Below the pieces are notes generated by a model. That model did not search any database. It worked only from the letters and a program-made list of their open reading frames with translations, and was not told the DNA's origin. From the human T2T-CHM13v2.0 reference genome, Homo sapiens, in NCBI RefSeq assembly GCF_009914755.1, contig NC_060927.1: 64,000 nt of DNA. One strand, 5' to 3'. Made by a program: the position numbers and the translations under genes. Below are positions 26,120 through 49,219 of this stretch, piece by piece; the stretch's first letter is position 1; every line of letters begins with the position of its first letter.

Positions 26120-29100
26120 TTAAATGTTTAAATGGCCCATCAGGTAGCCAAATGTACCTGAAGCTTTGATTGTAAACCAAACATTGGTTATAAACTATTT
26201 TAGCAATTTATAAGTCAGCAAACCAGTATATATTTAATCTGGATCATTTTATCTTTTCCATGATGAGTCACGGAATGCAGAAACTTTAATAACAAAAGCT
26301 TTAAGGACTCAGGAAGAACAAGGTGGCCATCTTGGTTTTCCATGAGTCCATGCTTAACACTGGACTTATGTCCTCTTGAATACCAGTTGTTTCTCCAATT
26401 TAGGTGCATAGCACTGATAACTAATGGGTTTTCATAGCTGATTTGACTTAGACCATGGAGTTCAAATGACTTTAAATAGTGATAGTTAAAAACACTATTG
26501 ACAAGGAGATTTGGTTATTTCTGTGGTCTACAATAACACAATAATTATGATTGATAGCATATACTCAGACATATTAGAATTTTAGAAATTCCATACAATT
26601 CTGGAACATATATTAATATCATTCACTAATATATAACCTGAAGATGATTAAACATTATTTTTTATTTTCACAATGCTTCCCATGTAACTAAACATATCAA
26701 ATAATCCTGTTTACCTCTCTTTTGGATGGTTCACGGGCCTGCTGTAGCATCTCAAAGTTTGAGGTCAGAAAAGACAATTTTGAAGCTGCAATTTGATTTT
26801 GGGAAGCTTGTTAAATGTTTATAAAAATTAACATTCTCATGCCTTCTCATTATATTTTACCATTCATTCAACCAGTTTGCACAAAGAGGGGCCAGAAGTC
26901 CAACTGGTAAGAAATTCTTACCCTTTTGCCGGCATGTCAGCTTTCTTGAGTTCTCTCTCCATGAGCAGCCCTAGTGACCCTGCTCAACTGTATGCAAACA
27001 AACACATTGCTATGAATTAAGAATATTCACAAACAATTTACAAATTTTGAAGAAATTAGGCAGAGAGAGAGAAATATGACTCAAGTTCTATTTACAAAAG
27101 TATACTCAATATACTTAAAGTATCAGGAAGCCTAATATCCAAAAAGTTAGTTTAAGGTTAAAAAGCTTAGTGTGCTCCACCAATTCCTGTGAGCTCAACA
27201 AAGGTAGCCTAGGAATTCCAGATAAATGGAACAAATGATGACTTGGTAGAAATGCATAGAAAATAAAATAACTATTCACAGAACCAAATAAAAGCCTTCC
27301 ACTAGAAACTAAAACAACAAACAAAAAAATGGTTTTCTATTTATGCGACCACAAGCAAAGCCTGGAGGAGAATAAACAGCAAACAAATGAAAATTAGAAG
27401 CAAAAACAAACAGGAACCCCACCCTAAATTTTTCCTACTCAATCTACCCTGGAGGCTACAGTGTTACTCAGGGCCCCCAAACACCCATATAATGAATATT
27501 TTATTCCTGATACACCATTCAATATCCTTAAGTCCACCAATATCATCATACATCCTGTACAATCAAGAAATTCACTCTAGGCACATGACCAATAAGTACT
27601 CCAGTGCCAGCACTATCCATGCAAAACAGTAAACGGTGTGAAGCAATGCATGCATGTATGTGAAATTTAGCTCCATACTTAACCAGCTTCATGCTTAAGT
27701 ATATTAAAAAATATACTTATATTTCTTATTTTACTTTAGGCAAGACTAAGAGCTCTAACTATGAAATGTTAATTAGTCAAATTTCTCCAATTTTCTATCA
27801 GGTTTTAAGGAATATTTTATTATCTAAACTTTTTTTTTTCACATTTCTCTCCCCTACTTACTGGTTCCTTACTACATTGTTTCATAAATAACCTTTTCTT
27901 TTTTTTTTTTAATTATACTTTAAGTTCTAGGGTACATGTGCACAACGTGCAGGTTTGTTACATAGGTATACATGTGCCATGTTGGTTTGCTGCATCCATC
28001 AACGCGTCATTTACATTAGGTATTTCTCCTAATGCTATCCCTCCCCCAGGCCACCACCCACCGACAGGCCCTGTTGTGTGACGTTCCCCTCCCTGTGCCC
28101 ATGTGTTCTCGTTGATCAACTCCCACCTATGAGTGAGAACTTGTGATAGTTTGCTCAGAATGATGGTTTCCAGCTTCATCCATGTCCCTGCAAAGGACAT
28201 GAACTCATCCTTTCTTATGGCTGCATAGTATTCCATGGTGTATATGTGCCACATTTTCTTAATCCAGTCTATCATTGATGGACATGTGGGTTGGTTCCAA
28301 GTCTTTGCTATTGTGAATAGTGCTGCAATAAACATACATGTGCATGTGTCTTTTTTATTATTATTATACTTTAAGTTCTAGGGTACATGTGCACAACGTG
28401 CAGGTTTGATACATAGGTATACATGTGCCATGTTGGTTTGCTGCACCCATCAACTCATCATTTACATTAGGTATTTCTCCTAACGCTATCCCTCCCCCAG
28501 CCCCCTACCACCTGACAGGCCCTGGGGTGTGATGTTCCCCGCCCTGTGTCCAAGTGTTCTCATTGTTCAATTCCCACCTATGAGTGCGAACATGAGGTGT
28601 TTGGTTTTCTGTCCTTGTGAGAGTTTGCTGAGAATGATTGTTTCCAGCTTCATCCATGTCCCTGCAAAGGACATGAACTCATCCTTTTTTATGGCTGCAT
28701 AGTATGCCATGGTGTATATGTGCCACATTTTCTTAATCCAGTCTATCATTGATGGACATTTGGGTTGGTTCCAAGTCTCTGCTATTGTGAATAGTCCTGC
28801 AATAAACATACGTGTGCGTGTATCTTTATAGTAGCAAAATTTATAATCATTTGGGTATATACAGTAATAGGATTGCTGGGTAAAATGGTATATCTAGTTC
28901 TAGATTCTTGAGGAATCACCACACTGTCTTCCACAATGGTTGACCTAATTTACACTCCCACCAAAAGTGTAAAAGCATTCCTATTTCTCCATATCCTCTC
29001 CAGCATCTGTTGTTTCCTGACTTTTTAATGATCACCATTCTAACTGGTGTGAGATGGTATCTCATCGTGGTTTTGATTTGCATTTCTCTGATGACCAGTA

Positions 29101-32100
29101 ATGATGAGCATTTTTTCATATGTCTGTTGGCTGCATAAATGTCTTCTTTTGAGAAGTGTCTGTTCCTATCCTTTGCCCACTTTTTGATGGGGTTGTTTTT
29201 TTCTTGTAAATTTGTTTATTTGTAGATTCTGGATATTAGCCCTTTGTCAGATGGGTAGATTGAAAAGATTTTCTCCCATTCTGTAGGTTGCCTGTTCACT
29301 CTGATGATAGTTTCTTTTGCTGTGCAGAAGCTCTTTAGTTTAATTAGATCCCATTTGTCTATTTTGGCTTTTGTTGCCATTGCTTTTGGTGTTTTAGTCA
29401 TGAAGTCTTTGCCCATGCCTATGTCCTTAATGGTATTGCCTCAGTTTTCTTCTAGGGTTTTTATGGTGTTAGGTCTTACGTTTAAGTCTTTAATCCATCT
29501 TGAGTTAATTTTTGTATACCGTGTAAGGAAGGGATCCAGTTTCAGCTTTCTACATATGGCTAGCCAGTTTTCCCAGCATAATTTACTTACTAGGAGATCC
29601 TTTCCCCGTTGCTTGTTTTTGTCAGGTTTGTCAAAGATCAGATGGTTGCAGATGTGTGGTGTTATTTCTGAGGCCTCTGTTCTGTTCCATTGGTCTATAT
29701 ATCTGTTTTGGTACCAGTACCATGCTGTTTTGGTTACTGTAGCCTTGTAGTATAGTTTGAAGTCAGGTAGCGTGATGCCTCCAGCTTTGTTCTTTTTGCT
29801 TAGGATTGTCTTTTAGATAACTTCTGAATTAGACAAAATTATTCTTTTTCTCATAAACAACACAACTTTTTCAGGCACATTTTGTATACAGAATTATGTG
29901 TTAACTAGAATTCTTATCCTTAGTAACCTAAAACTTTAATGAAATCCTAAAAAGCAAGAAATCCTGAACTATCAGATATGGGCATTTTTAGATAAGAACA
30001 ATTATACAATTATACATATTTCCCCATATCACAAACCTTTCTTAATTGGAAATGACCCAGATATTCAATGAACAACCCAAATAATTTTAAGATTTTAATT
30101 TACATAAAAAGTTTCCCTAAAACATTTATTCCATTCACTGCACTCAGTTCATTCCCCTTTTTGTTTTTTGTTTTTTTTTTTGAGACAGCGTCTCACTCTG
30201 TTGCCCAGGCTGGAGTGCAGTTGTATGGCCTTGGCTGACTGCTACCTCCACCTCCCAGGTTTGAGCAATTCTCCTGCCTCAGCCTCCTGAGTAGCTGGCA
30301 TTACACGCGCCTAGCCATCGCGCCTGGCTAATTTTTGTATCTTTAGTAGAGACAAGGTTTCACTATGGCTGGTCTCAAACACCTGACCTCAAGTGATCTG
30401 CCCACCTAGGCCTCCTAAATTGCCGGGATTACAGGTGTGAGCCACTGTGCCTGGCTAATTCTTTTACTTTTTTAACAGTTTATCTAGATTACTTCTGTAA
30501 ACTGAGGTATTAGACATTATCATTTAAAGTTAGTTGTTTCCTTGTTAACCATGTTTTCAATAGCCAGTGAACATCAGGTGCTCACCTAAACCTAAGTAAG
30601 AGCCTCAAAGTTAAATACATTGGTATTTTTACCAGTAACTCAGAAGATTTAGCAAATAATATTAAATTACTCTCATTTGTCAAAAAAAAAAAAAAAAAAA
30701 AGGCACTCAAACCAAGATCATTTTGTTTTGGCTGGGTTATAGTTTTATAACCTTCTATGCCAAACACTGACATCTCAAAGTATCTAGCAAAGACAAACAT
30801 AAAATCCAGACCAACATGTATGCTGACAGTTCTGAAGGCATACCTATTTTTATTTTATCAATAATTTTAAAACAAACTTGTTTAGTAAATTATACTTAAG
30901 TCACATGAATTTGAAATTGCTTAGATTTATTTACTTAATATATGAGTGCTCTTTTACTTATGTCAACTTGGTAGACATCATATAACAATAAGTGTACATA
31001 CAAATAACCACATCTAGACATGTATACACACACACACACACACACAAAGATCCGATAGCTTGGAATGCTAGCCATGAGATAGCAATATAGGCTTGCCAGT
31101 TTTACTTTGTTTGCCCCAATAGGTAATACAATGCTGTGAACCAAAATTTCAGGTAAAGCAGTTTTCACGGCAGTTTGATATTTAAAGGCCAAACCTCCCC
31201 AGATTCCAAAGAACACTGGGGCCGAACAGCACCAAAGAGAACCTCACATACTAACCAGTCCTGACCCTGCTTAAAACAGCAGCCCAAAAGCCTGGATACA
31301 TGCAACTCCATTCCACTTTTCCATTCAACAGCGAACTCCAGATTCCAAACAATATTGGGGCCAAACAGTATTGCAACTGCCAGAGAAAATTCTAAGCAGG
31401 GCTTAGTACTAGGCCTCAGAACCTCTGCCGAGGGTGTTTCCTTTGGAGAGGTTGAGGTCCAGAGGATCCCCCGGGGCACCCCCTTTGGGGTCCAATCTGA
31501 GTGTCAGACATCTCTGACTTTATGTGGGCACAGGTGCTGCTTTGCATGTTTTCCTTCCAGAGGCAATGCCCTACTCTGAGCTTTCCTTTGGTTCATGGGT
31601 ATAATCCCCGACTTTTAGCATCCTTATAATTTGATAAGTCTGCGCTTTCCCATGCTTCCCATTCCACGAGAGTGATAGCCATGAACTGTAATGATAGAAC
31701 TGGAGGCTGGGTGAGTTTCTCTTGTCCTCAGCTGAATAGGGTAAGGGAAAAATTTAGCATAAGACAAGAAGGGTTGGCCAGGTGCGGTGGCTCACGCCTG
31801 TAATCCCAGCACTTTGGGAAGCCGAGGCGGGTGGATCATGAGGTCAGGAGTTTGAAACCAGCCTGGCCAACGTGGTGAAACCCCATCTCTACTAAAAATA
31901 CAAAAATTAGCTAGGCGTGGTGGAACACACTTGTAGTCCCAACTACTCAGGAGGCTGAGGCAGGAGAATCACTTTAACCTGGAAGGTGGAGTTTGCAGTG
32001 AGCCAAGATCACGCCACTGCACTCCAGCCTGAGTGACAGAACGAGAATTCGTCTCAAAAAAAAAAAAAAAAAAAAGAGGGTTTAAGTCACCTGAAACACA

Positions 32101-32130
32101 TTCGAGTTCACCCTGCGTTGCACCACACAT
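26120..32130 (-). mobile_element. Degraded ERV1 (MER4-group) internal sequence interrupted by L1PA and Alus (30158-30456 -, 31776-32075 +)
   Basis: Integrase-like remnant LVLPESLKLLLLKFLHSVTHHGKDKM at 26215-26409; leader-like sequence near 31100-32130. Confidence 0.6.
27900..29812 (-). mobile_element. Two tandem L1PA 3' ends (27900-28350 and 28351-29812)
   Basis: Two poly(T)/TATACTTTAAGTTCTAGGGTACATG ends and two MFIA..WNQP..YTM peptides. Confidence 0.9.
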
Positions 32131-32237
32131 AGTTAGCTATAATTTAAAGGGAATTATTTATAATAGTCTTTTAAGATTGGTCCCCTATATTAAAACAAGA
32201 TTTTCCTAAGGTATTGATTTGCTCTTACTGAAATTAG

Positions 32238-32445
<208 letters not shown>

Positions 32446-32460
32446 TAAAATTAAAAATAA

Positions 32461-32743
<283 letters not shown>

Positions 32744-32746
32744 TGA

Positions 32747-32965
<219 letters not shown>

Positions 32966-33308
32966 TAAAGATGGGGTTTCTCCATGTTGGTCAGGCTGAT
33001 CTCGAACTCTCGACCTCAGGTGATCTGCCTGCCTCGACCTCCCAAAGTGCTGGGATTACAGGTGTGAGCCACTGCGCCCAGCCTGCCTATTTCTTTTAAA
33101 AACTCAGAATCACATCTCAGAAGTTCAACTTTTGCCAAGTTTTGCTGCTCTCAGCTTTTTTTCTGCTTGAGAAGGCCTGAGATGATCTTTCCTTCAGCTT
33201 TTTTGCCAGCTCCTGTAACTTTCTTTCATTTCCTCTAATTCTAACTATTATGACCTGATGCTAAAATGTATTATCTTGAAGGTCTAGAAAAGCAATGTTT
33301 TCCTGTAG

Positions 33309-33566
<258 letters not shown>

Positions 33567-33960
33567 TAGTAGAGACGGGTTTTCACCATGTTAGCCAGGA
33601 TGGTCTCGATCTCCTGACCTTGTGATCCGCCAGCCTTGGCCTCCCAAAGTGCTGGGATTACAGGTGTGAGCCACCACATCCGTCAGAAAACTTTTCATAC
33701 TATTCCTTAGAGTCATGTATTCCCCCTGCTATCCTCATAACCTTGAACACACTCTTTCTGTGTCTGATTAAATTCAAGCACTTTTATCAAGTTTGACTTC
33801 CAGGTTATCTAAATGGGCTTCCCATAAGTAGAAGCAGTCACGCTGCAATAGGTTTTTCTTTGTCTTTTTGGTAACCGGCTTAAGAAATAAGATTTTATCA
33901 TTCCTATGCTGTCTTTATTAGGTTTTTGATTGCTAAAACAAACAAACAAAAAACAAAACA

Positions 33961-35041
33961 GGCCCAGCACAGTGGTTCATGCCTGTAATCCCAACACTTT
34001 GGGAGACCGAGGCGGGCAGATTACCTGAGGTTGGGAGTTCGAGACCAGCCTGACCAACATGGAGAAACCCTGTCTCTTACTAAAAATACAAAAGTAGCCG
34101 GGCATGGTGGTGCATGCCTGTAATCCCAGCTACTTGGGAGCTGAGGCAGGAGAATCGCTTGAACCTGGTGAGAGAGGACTAGCTGGATTTCCTAGGCTGA
34201 CTAAGAATTCCTAAGCCTAGCTGGGGAAGGCGACCGCACTCACCGTTAAACACGGGGCTTGTAACTCAGCTCACACCTGACCAATTAGGTAGTAAAGAGG
34301 GCTCACTAAAATACAAATTAGGCTAAAAGCAGGAGGTAAAGAAATAGTCAAATCATGTATCGCCTGAGAGCACACAGGGAGGGACAATGATCGGGATATA
34401 AACCCCCAGCATTCGAGCCGGTAGGGGCAACCCCCTTTGGGTCCCCTCCCATTGTATGGGGGCTCTGTTTTCACTCTATTAAATCTTGCAACTGCACACT
34501 CTTCTGGTCCGTGTTTGTTCCGGCTCGAGCTGAGCTTTCTCTCGCCATCCACCACTGCTGAGTGCCGCCGTCGCAGACCCGCTGTTGACTCCCACCCCTC
34601 CGGATCCGGCAGGGTGTCGGCTGAGCTCCTGATCCACCCAGCAAGGCGCCCATTGCTGCTCCCGATCAGGCTAAAGTCATTGTTCCTGCATGGCTAAGTG
34701 CCCAGGTTCGTCCTAAATGAGCTGAACACTAGTTGCTGGGCTCCATGGTTCTCTTCCATGACCCATGGCTTCTAATAGAGCTATAACACTCACCGCATGG
34801 CCCAAGGTTCTATTCCTTGTTATCCATGAGGAAAAGAACCCCAAGTCAGAGAACAAAAGTCTTGCTGCCATCTTGGGAGTGGCCGCCACCATCTTGGGAG
34901 CAGCCGCCACCATCTTGGGAGTTCTAAGAACAAAGACTCACCCTGTAACACTGGGAGGCGGAGGTTGCGGTAAGCCAAGATCATGCCATTGCACTCAGGC
35001 CTGCGCAACAAAAGCGAAACTCCGTCTTAAAAAACAAAAAA
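33961..35041 (+). mobile_element. AluS split by LTR17
   Basis: The right arm breaks at GAACCTGG and resumes at CTGGGAGGCGGAGGTTGCGG. Confidence 0.9.
34169..34950 (+). mobile_element. HERV-W solo LTR (LTR17), 782 bp
   Basis: TGAGAGAGGACTAGCTGGATTTCCTAGGC start, CCAAT, GATATAAA TATA box, ATTAAA, TGTAACA end; 4-bp TSD CTGG. Confidence 0.92.
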
Positions 35042-35586
35042 CCATCTGATATTTAAAAGGGTTACAGTTTTTACATCCATTTAACTTTCTGTATTGCCTT
35101 TGAGGTTTTTTAATTATCACTTATCACTCTTGGTTAAATGTATGACTTATTTTACAATAACCTGTGATTCTGTTTTAATCAAATGTTTTGAGCCTGTTTA
35201 CATCTTAAACAAATGTCCTCAAAATCAACATCCTAAATTAAGTCTCTCAGTCTTATTACCGGGGCTTATTGAGGCTACAAAAATTAATCACTGCAAGGCT
35301 GTAGAATCTTTCTACAGCTTCTAGTCAGACCATGAACTCCAGTATCACCACCTTAAGCCTCATAATTACATATGCTGGAAGAAAACCAGTTAAAGGACTC
35401 CTTCTTGTCCCCTTAAAAGGGTCCTTATCAGGTGTTATTAATTAATCCTTGTGCTATGTTACAGGGCTTTGACTCCTGGGTACACATATCTCATCTGAAG
35501 AAGACATTGAGTCCTGCCAGTATCTCACACCAAACCCAAGTTAACCAAAGCCTTGTCTTTAGACCTGAGCAAAAGTGGCAAAGTAA

Positions 35587-35900
<314 letters not shown>

Positions 35901-36989
35901 TAAACTGCTTTTGTGAGACACAGGGACAGACCTGTATTCAAAACATTAAAATTCATTTCATTTAATAATTTTGCCTTTATCTGAAATTATATAATTTTTT
36001 CTATGCCTTGATACTAAATAATTTAAATGTTTGGCTACCTATGGGCTTCCTTTCCTATCATTCTTTAGAATTAGGCAAGGCCTATGACCTTTTGTTTAAA
36101 ACGTTGCTAATTTTTAAATATTTTGTTTTACCTACAGAATTTAAAACTATTAAATCCCTCCAGGCGGCCCAGGGACTATCACATGAGATTGTTAGGGCTG
36201 GTCCTGAGGGATAAAATTAATTCAGACCCTCCTAATCGAGGCCAGGTGCACAGATGCCTATGCAGCTGAAAAAAAAAATGCTTGTGTCTTGTATAGCTAA
36301 TTGCTAAAGCCAAGATTACAATAGATCAATGCATAGAATTTATAGAAAAGTCAATTTTATGACCTTTGTTTTTGGCTCGTAGGTTGCTTAAAAGGGGTTT
36401 TAAGGGTTGATGAATGCCTGTCCATCTCCATTCCCATCTGGCCTGTAATGTTTAATTGGCTATAAATCTTTTGACTCTAAGTCCCTTGCCACAGGGTTCC
36501 CACTGAAGGACATGATGGACCCGAGGCAGGTGGCAAGTCACCCCAGCATCAATATGGGACAAAATAAAACTTGGCTATTGATACTGCCTCTTTCATACCT
36601 TGACAAAAAAAGGAAATATATGAACAAAAATAAAATCCTAAGCCCCCCAACAGAATGAACACCCCTCTTGGCCAAAAAGAATAATAAAAAAAAAAAACCT
36701 GAAAAACTAGTTCAGCCCATGAAGGAAATGGGGGGTTGGACACACCTTGCTATACTCCCCCCACCACCCCTTGGAATTCAGGCACAACTGACCAGCCTTA
36801 ATATTAAAATAGAGCTTATAAGACTGACAGATTCTTCATGGCAATAAAATATCAAATTATAAACAGAATCTAAGATTATGCCAAGGAAGGCTTAATTCTC
36901 CACCCCAAGGTAAACAGTCATATGTTACTTCCGTGTTTGTTCAATATACATGCATCAGGACCATTTTCATAAATATTCGTAGCTTCCCT

Positions 36990-38971
<1,982 letters not shown>

Positions 38972-38999
38972 CTACTACTGTAACTGGGTCACTTGAGAT

Positions 39000-40520
39000 T
39001 TTCAGCACCCCAGCATTTTTCAGTGACTGAAATAATGAGAATTCTGATCAGGACCTTGCTTGCTTGCTCATGTTAACCACTCGCTTTTTACCCAATATCC
39101 GTTTTTCCCACAATATAACTATAAACTTCTGATGTGCTGTTTCTTTGTCAAGTGGGAGGAGATAACTTCAGGGTCACAAAAGGTGTTTGCCGAAGGAATG
39201 AATGCATTGAAAGCTATTGCAACCAGCTGCTGACGCCCAGAACTCTGGTTGTTCAAGGTGTTATGTGGGACTGAAGAAACAGACTTTTCACCTTGATTCC
39301 CTAAAACTCTCCCTCCTTTATTCTCTAGCCACATAAAAATTCCCTGCTTTTTCTTTTTGTTAACATGGATTTGAGACATCTTGCTTTCCTACCTTGTTGC
39401 TTTGGCCAAATAGAACAAACCTTCCTCTATCTCCAAACTGCTATGTGTCAGTGTTTGGCATCAATTGCACATCGGGTACAAGAGCCTGAATTTGGGCTTC
39501 TACTAGAAAAGTACTGACTGCCTTGAAGCCCTGGTAACAGTAGCAGTTGAGACCCCATTCAATTCAGCAAGGACAACTGCCTCAATGGTCAATGACAATG
39601 TCTCGATGACAGCCAATCATAAACAGTCCTAAGCACATGCTTCCGTGTGTTGACAATCAACAACAGCCTCATCACAGCAATCACCTTCTTACAGGTGAGA
39701 TATCAATCTCTAACACCTCTGCAAATTCGCTGATCCCTGAACTCCACTGTGCCCTAAAACTCTATGTAAGATCAACAGCTTGTTCTGCTTGGAGAGACTG
39801 TGCATAGCCAGCACAGTTTTCCCTTACTATAGCAAGCAATAAATTCAGTCATCTTGCTTCAGATATTGGTCTTTAGAGGAACAACCCTGCCAGGGTGTTC
39901 TAGCAACTTTGAACATCTCCACAAAGGCTAAGTAGGCAAGGCTTCACAGCTCTGAATAGCCTGAAATTCCTCCTGGAGCAAGGCGAGATAATGAGCATGG
40001 TGCGGAGCCACTTTGAGGCAGGCTCTCCTCTGTCTGGTAGGAGTCTGTCACAGGCCATTTCTCATTTATCCTCCTAGTTTCAACTGAATGCAGAACTTTC
40101 TGCCTTGTGCCCCCACCTAAGGGTTCGGCTGCAAGCTTCTGTGAAGATCTATAAAAATGCTTCGCAGTAGTTTAGGGTTGGCTCTTAACAGGGCAGGGAC
40201 TAGGGTGAGGCAAGAAAGACACCTAGTGGACAAAACTGGGGGGCACAGTAACAGGGCTGTGCAATGCTGATCCTGCCCTGCTCCTCAGCAACAGAGCAAC
40301 TCACCATTCCTGACATCTGTCATCTGGTTCCTCTGTTTGGTGTCATGCTGTGATACTAGGGATACAGGGAGCTGACACCATGCTGACTTTCTTTTCCAGT
40401 AAATACTAAACTGTCTAAATCCATCTGGGCTTCTTACTTGCTGAGTCTATGGAAGACAAGCCAATTTAGCAGCTGCTACCATGCTACTGCTTATAGACTG
40501 CTTGACCACTTGACAGTCTC
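39000..40520. mobile_element. Cluster of old LTR fragments (family unresolved)
   Basis: Several LTR-like U3/R/U5 segments with poly(A) signals. Confidence 0.4.
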
Positions 40521-41191
40521 CTTATCATTGTTATGATCTGATATATTCTTAAATTATCTCCTCATTTAATTTGTTTCAGTAATTGCTACTTAACAGGATG
40601 CTGGTCCTCTTGGCTAATGCACTTCCACACCATTTTCATGTTAGTGCTTTTGCTTGTTAAATGCGTTGGTTGGGCTTGTTGTCATTATGTCGCATTATAT
40701 CCCTAATTCACAAAAGCAGATCAGTTCATCAGAAGTGGTTCATTAAAGCTTAAAACAAAGATAAAAGAATGGAAACACTATAATTTAGCATAATGCCCAG
40801 AAGGCAAACGGTGAGCTGGATTTCAATGCAAATGCCGAGCTTTTGCCTGCTAGAACATGCAAATCTATTGTCATAGGAAGAACAGAAATGGCTATCTAAA
40901 CCCAGCTTTCCCTGCAATGGTGATCTATTAGCCCTGGAACCCAGGGTGCTGCATGTGAAATGTCATTCAATAGTGACACGAAGCCATCAAAACTGACTTC
41001 TCTGGTAAACCAATCAGGTTTTTCTGGAATAAACAAAATAATGCTTTCCAGTCTGGGTGATTAAAGACTGTTAAGGAAGCAAGAAATAAATTTGAGTCTG
41101 TTTGTTAACAAATTTTACCCTGCCCTAAATGGGCACTGGGTACAATCTTCCAGGGTGAAGTTGGCTGACATTCAAGGAAAAAAGCAACTCA

Positions 41192-42051
<860 letters not shown>

Positions 42052-43104
42052 CAAAGAATATCAGTAATGATGATTTATATAATTTCAAGTGGCTTGTTCA
42101 AGTGTCAAGTGTTGAGCCTTGGAGATATACATATATTCATTATATTAATGTTTAATAGAAGCCGTCAGGATTCCTAAAGAAAACCCAATTGTGGCAAAAA
42201 TGACTCAATCGCGTGTTATCTTCATCAGGTGAAATTAGTCAGAGATCAATGATGTATTATTGAGCATATTTAAAGTTCACAGCCATATGCTGCAACCAAA
42301 TCTGAGCTGAACACAGCCAAAAATTGATCTGAGAATGCATTCACTGCTATTTCTCATGTTTCAACTTCTCAGCTTTTCAGTGAGCCTGGCTTATCGCTTT
42401 AGGTCTGCAGGTAGTTTTTCATTACATATGTCATCTCTGTCAGCTTCTGAACTGAAAATCATACAAGAAATGTCGCTTTTCAACACCATAAGCACCTTTT
42501 ATGACATCTCGGCATTCTCCAACATCCAATTTCATTTCGTGTTGAAAATGCAATTAGGCTATCGTTCGCAGGTCTCTCTCCCAATTTCCCACTGTATATC
42601 ATTCTTTTCAGAGAATATTTCATTTGCCAATGATCATTCCTTTCAGCTTTTCTGACAAACTGACCCTAGTAAGAAAAAGGCTACATACATATATGTTGGA
42701 GATATGCCCCAGGTAACTTACGTTGTGTATTCTTTCTAATACAGGAATGCTTTACCACCATTCCTGGCAAAAGATAAAAGATTACTCATTCCCCTGAATG
42801 CTTCCAGTGATGGGGAGCACAGTACTCTTCATGGTAGAGTTCTGTTTACTTAAAAAAAAAATAGTCCCTATTCTATTCCCTGTGACCTTCCCCTACATGA
42901 TTCTACTTTTGTTCTCAAGAATTATATATTAAATCTCTCTTTAATAGAATGGTCTTTCATCAAATATTTAAAGATACTAACAAGTCTGCCCTAAGCTGTT
43001 CCTCTTAGGGGCTTTCTCAGGGACTACCATGTCTCATATGGTAAGGTATTTCTAGCTGCTATGGTGGTTGTTCAGAATACTCTTTGAATTCGTCAATGAC
43101 TCTT

Positions 43105-43942
43105 TTTTTAAAAAATTTTTTATTATACTTTAAGTTTTAGGGTACATGTGCACTACGTGCAGGTTTGTTACATATGTATACATGTGCCATGCTGGTGTGC
43201 TGCACCCATTAACTCGTCATTTAACATTAGGTAGATCTCCTAATGCGATCCCTCCCCGCTCCCCCACCCCACAACAGGCCCCAGTGTGTCATGTTCCCCT
43301 TCCTGTGTCCATGTGTTCTCATTGTTCAATTCCCACCTATGAGTGAGAACATGCGGTGTTTGGTTTTTTGTCCTTGCGATAGTTTGCTGAGAATGATGGT
43401 TTCCAGCTTCATCCATGTCCCTACAAAGGACATGAACTCATAATTTTTTATGGCTGCATAGTATTCCATGGTGTATATGTGCCACATTTTCTTAATCCAG
43501 TCTATCATTGTTGGACATTTGGGTTGGTTCCAAGTCTTTGCTAATGTGAATAGTGCCTCAATAAACATACGTGTGCATGTGTCTTTATAGCAGCATGTTT
43601 TATAATCCTTTGGTTATATACCCAGTAATGGGATGGCTGGGTCAAATGGTATTTCTAGATCTAGATCCCTGAGGAATCGCCACACTGACTTCCACAATGG
43701 TTGAACTAGTTTACAGTCCCACTAACAGTGTAAAAGTGTTCCTATTTCTCCAAATCCTCTCCAGCACCTGTTGTTTCCTGACTTCTTAATGATCACCATT
43801 CTAACTGGTGTGAGATGGTATCTCACTGTGGTTTTGATTTCCATTTCTCTGATGGCCAGTGATAATGAACATTTTTTCATGTGTCTTTTGGCTGCATAAA
43901 TGTCTTCCTTTGAGAAGTGTCTGTTCATATCCTTCGCCGAGC
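43105..43942 (-). mobile_element. L1PA 3' end
   Basis: ORF2 C-terminus and L1PA 3'UTR. Confidence 0.9.
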
Positions 43943-43999
43943 ATCCATTCCCTGTATTCTGTACCTCTCATCAATTGGGCCATATTCGTGTTTCCTTAA

Positions 44000-45680
<1,681 letters not shown>

Positions 45681-46044
45681 TTAAAAAATTACTAAAGTAT
45701 TTGTTCTTAGATATATCTTTCTTTATTACCAAGCATGGTCTTCTCCCTTTTGTGAGAATACATATTTAGAATTTGTCTGGCTTATGGAAAGCACTCAATA
45801 AAAATATTCATATTGTTAGCCATTATTAGTGTTATGTACCTTTAAGAGGAATCAAATTGAGTTGCCTTTTCTCTAATATTACGTTTCCATCTGCTTTGAG
45901 TAGCAAATAGAATACACCTAATATATGATGCATTGTTGAGTTCAAGGCAAAACAGGTTGATATAACTCAAATGTTCCAGCAGTTGTTATTTCTTTCCAGG
46001 TTTCCCTAACAAAGTGCCTTGATTTTAAGCCTGGGGATTCAGCC

Positions 46045-46385
46045 ATTGTGGAGCAGGTATGCCGCCCCTACATGGGGGATGAGGCTTCTGATGTTGACAC
46101 TGGCCAGGGCCTTTGCAAACAAGCCAGGCCAAAAAGGTTCAACAGTTACAGCAGGTGCTTTAATGAGGGCATTGATCTTCTCTGTGATGGTCACCTCATC
46201 AGCATGCAGGGTGAGGGTCAAGTAGATGGAGTGGAGCTTGGAGATGAAGACAGAGGCCGTGGTGTGGGTAATGCAGGGCTGTCTCTGCCAGGCGCGGTGT
46301 TAGTCACTGAGTGAAGTGGGCCTCACCCCAATGCAGCTTTAATTTCTTCATGACAGAGCACCTTGGCGACAGATGAGAAAAGGGA
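46045..46385 (-). pseudogene. RPLP1 processed pseudogene fragment (5' half only)
   Basis: LHADEVTITEKINALIKAPAVTVEPFWPGLFAKALASVNI matches RPLP1. A 5'TOP-like leader CCCTTTTCTC is present, the start is mutated to ACG, and the acidic C-terminus and poly(A) are absent. Confidence 0.9.
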
Positions 46386-49219
<2,834 letters not shown>

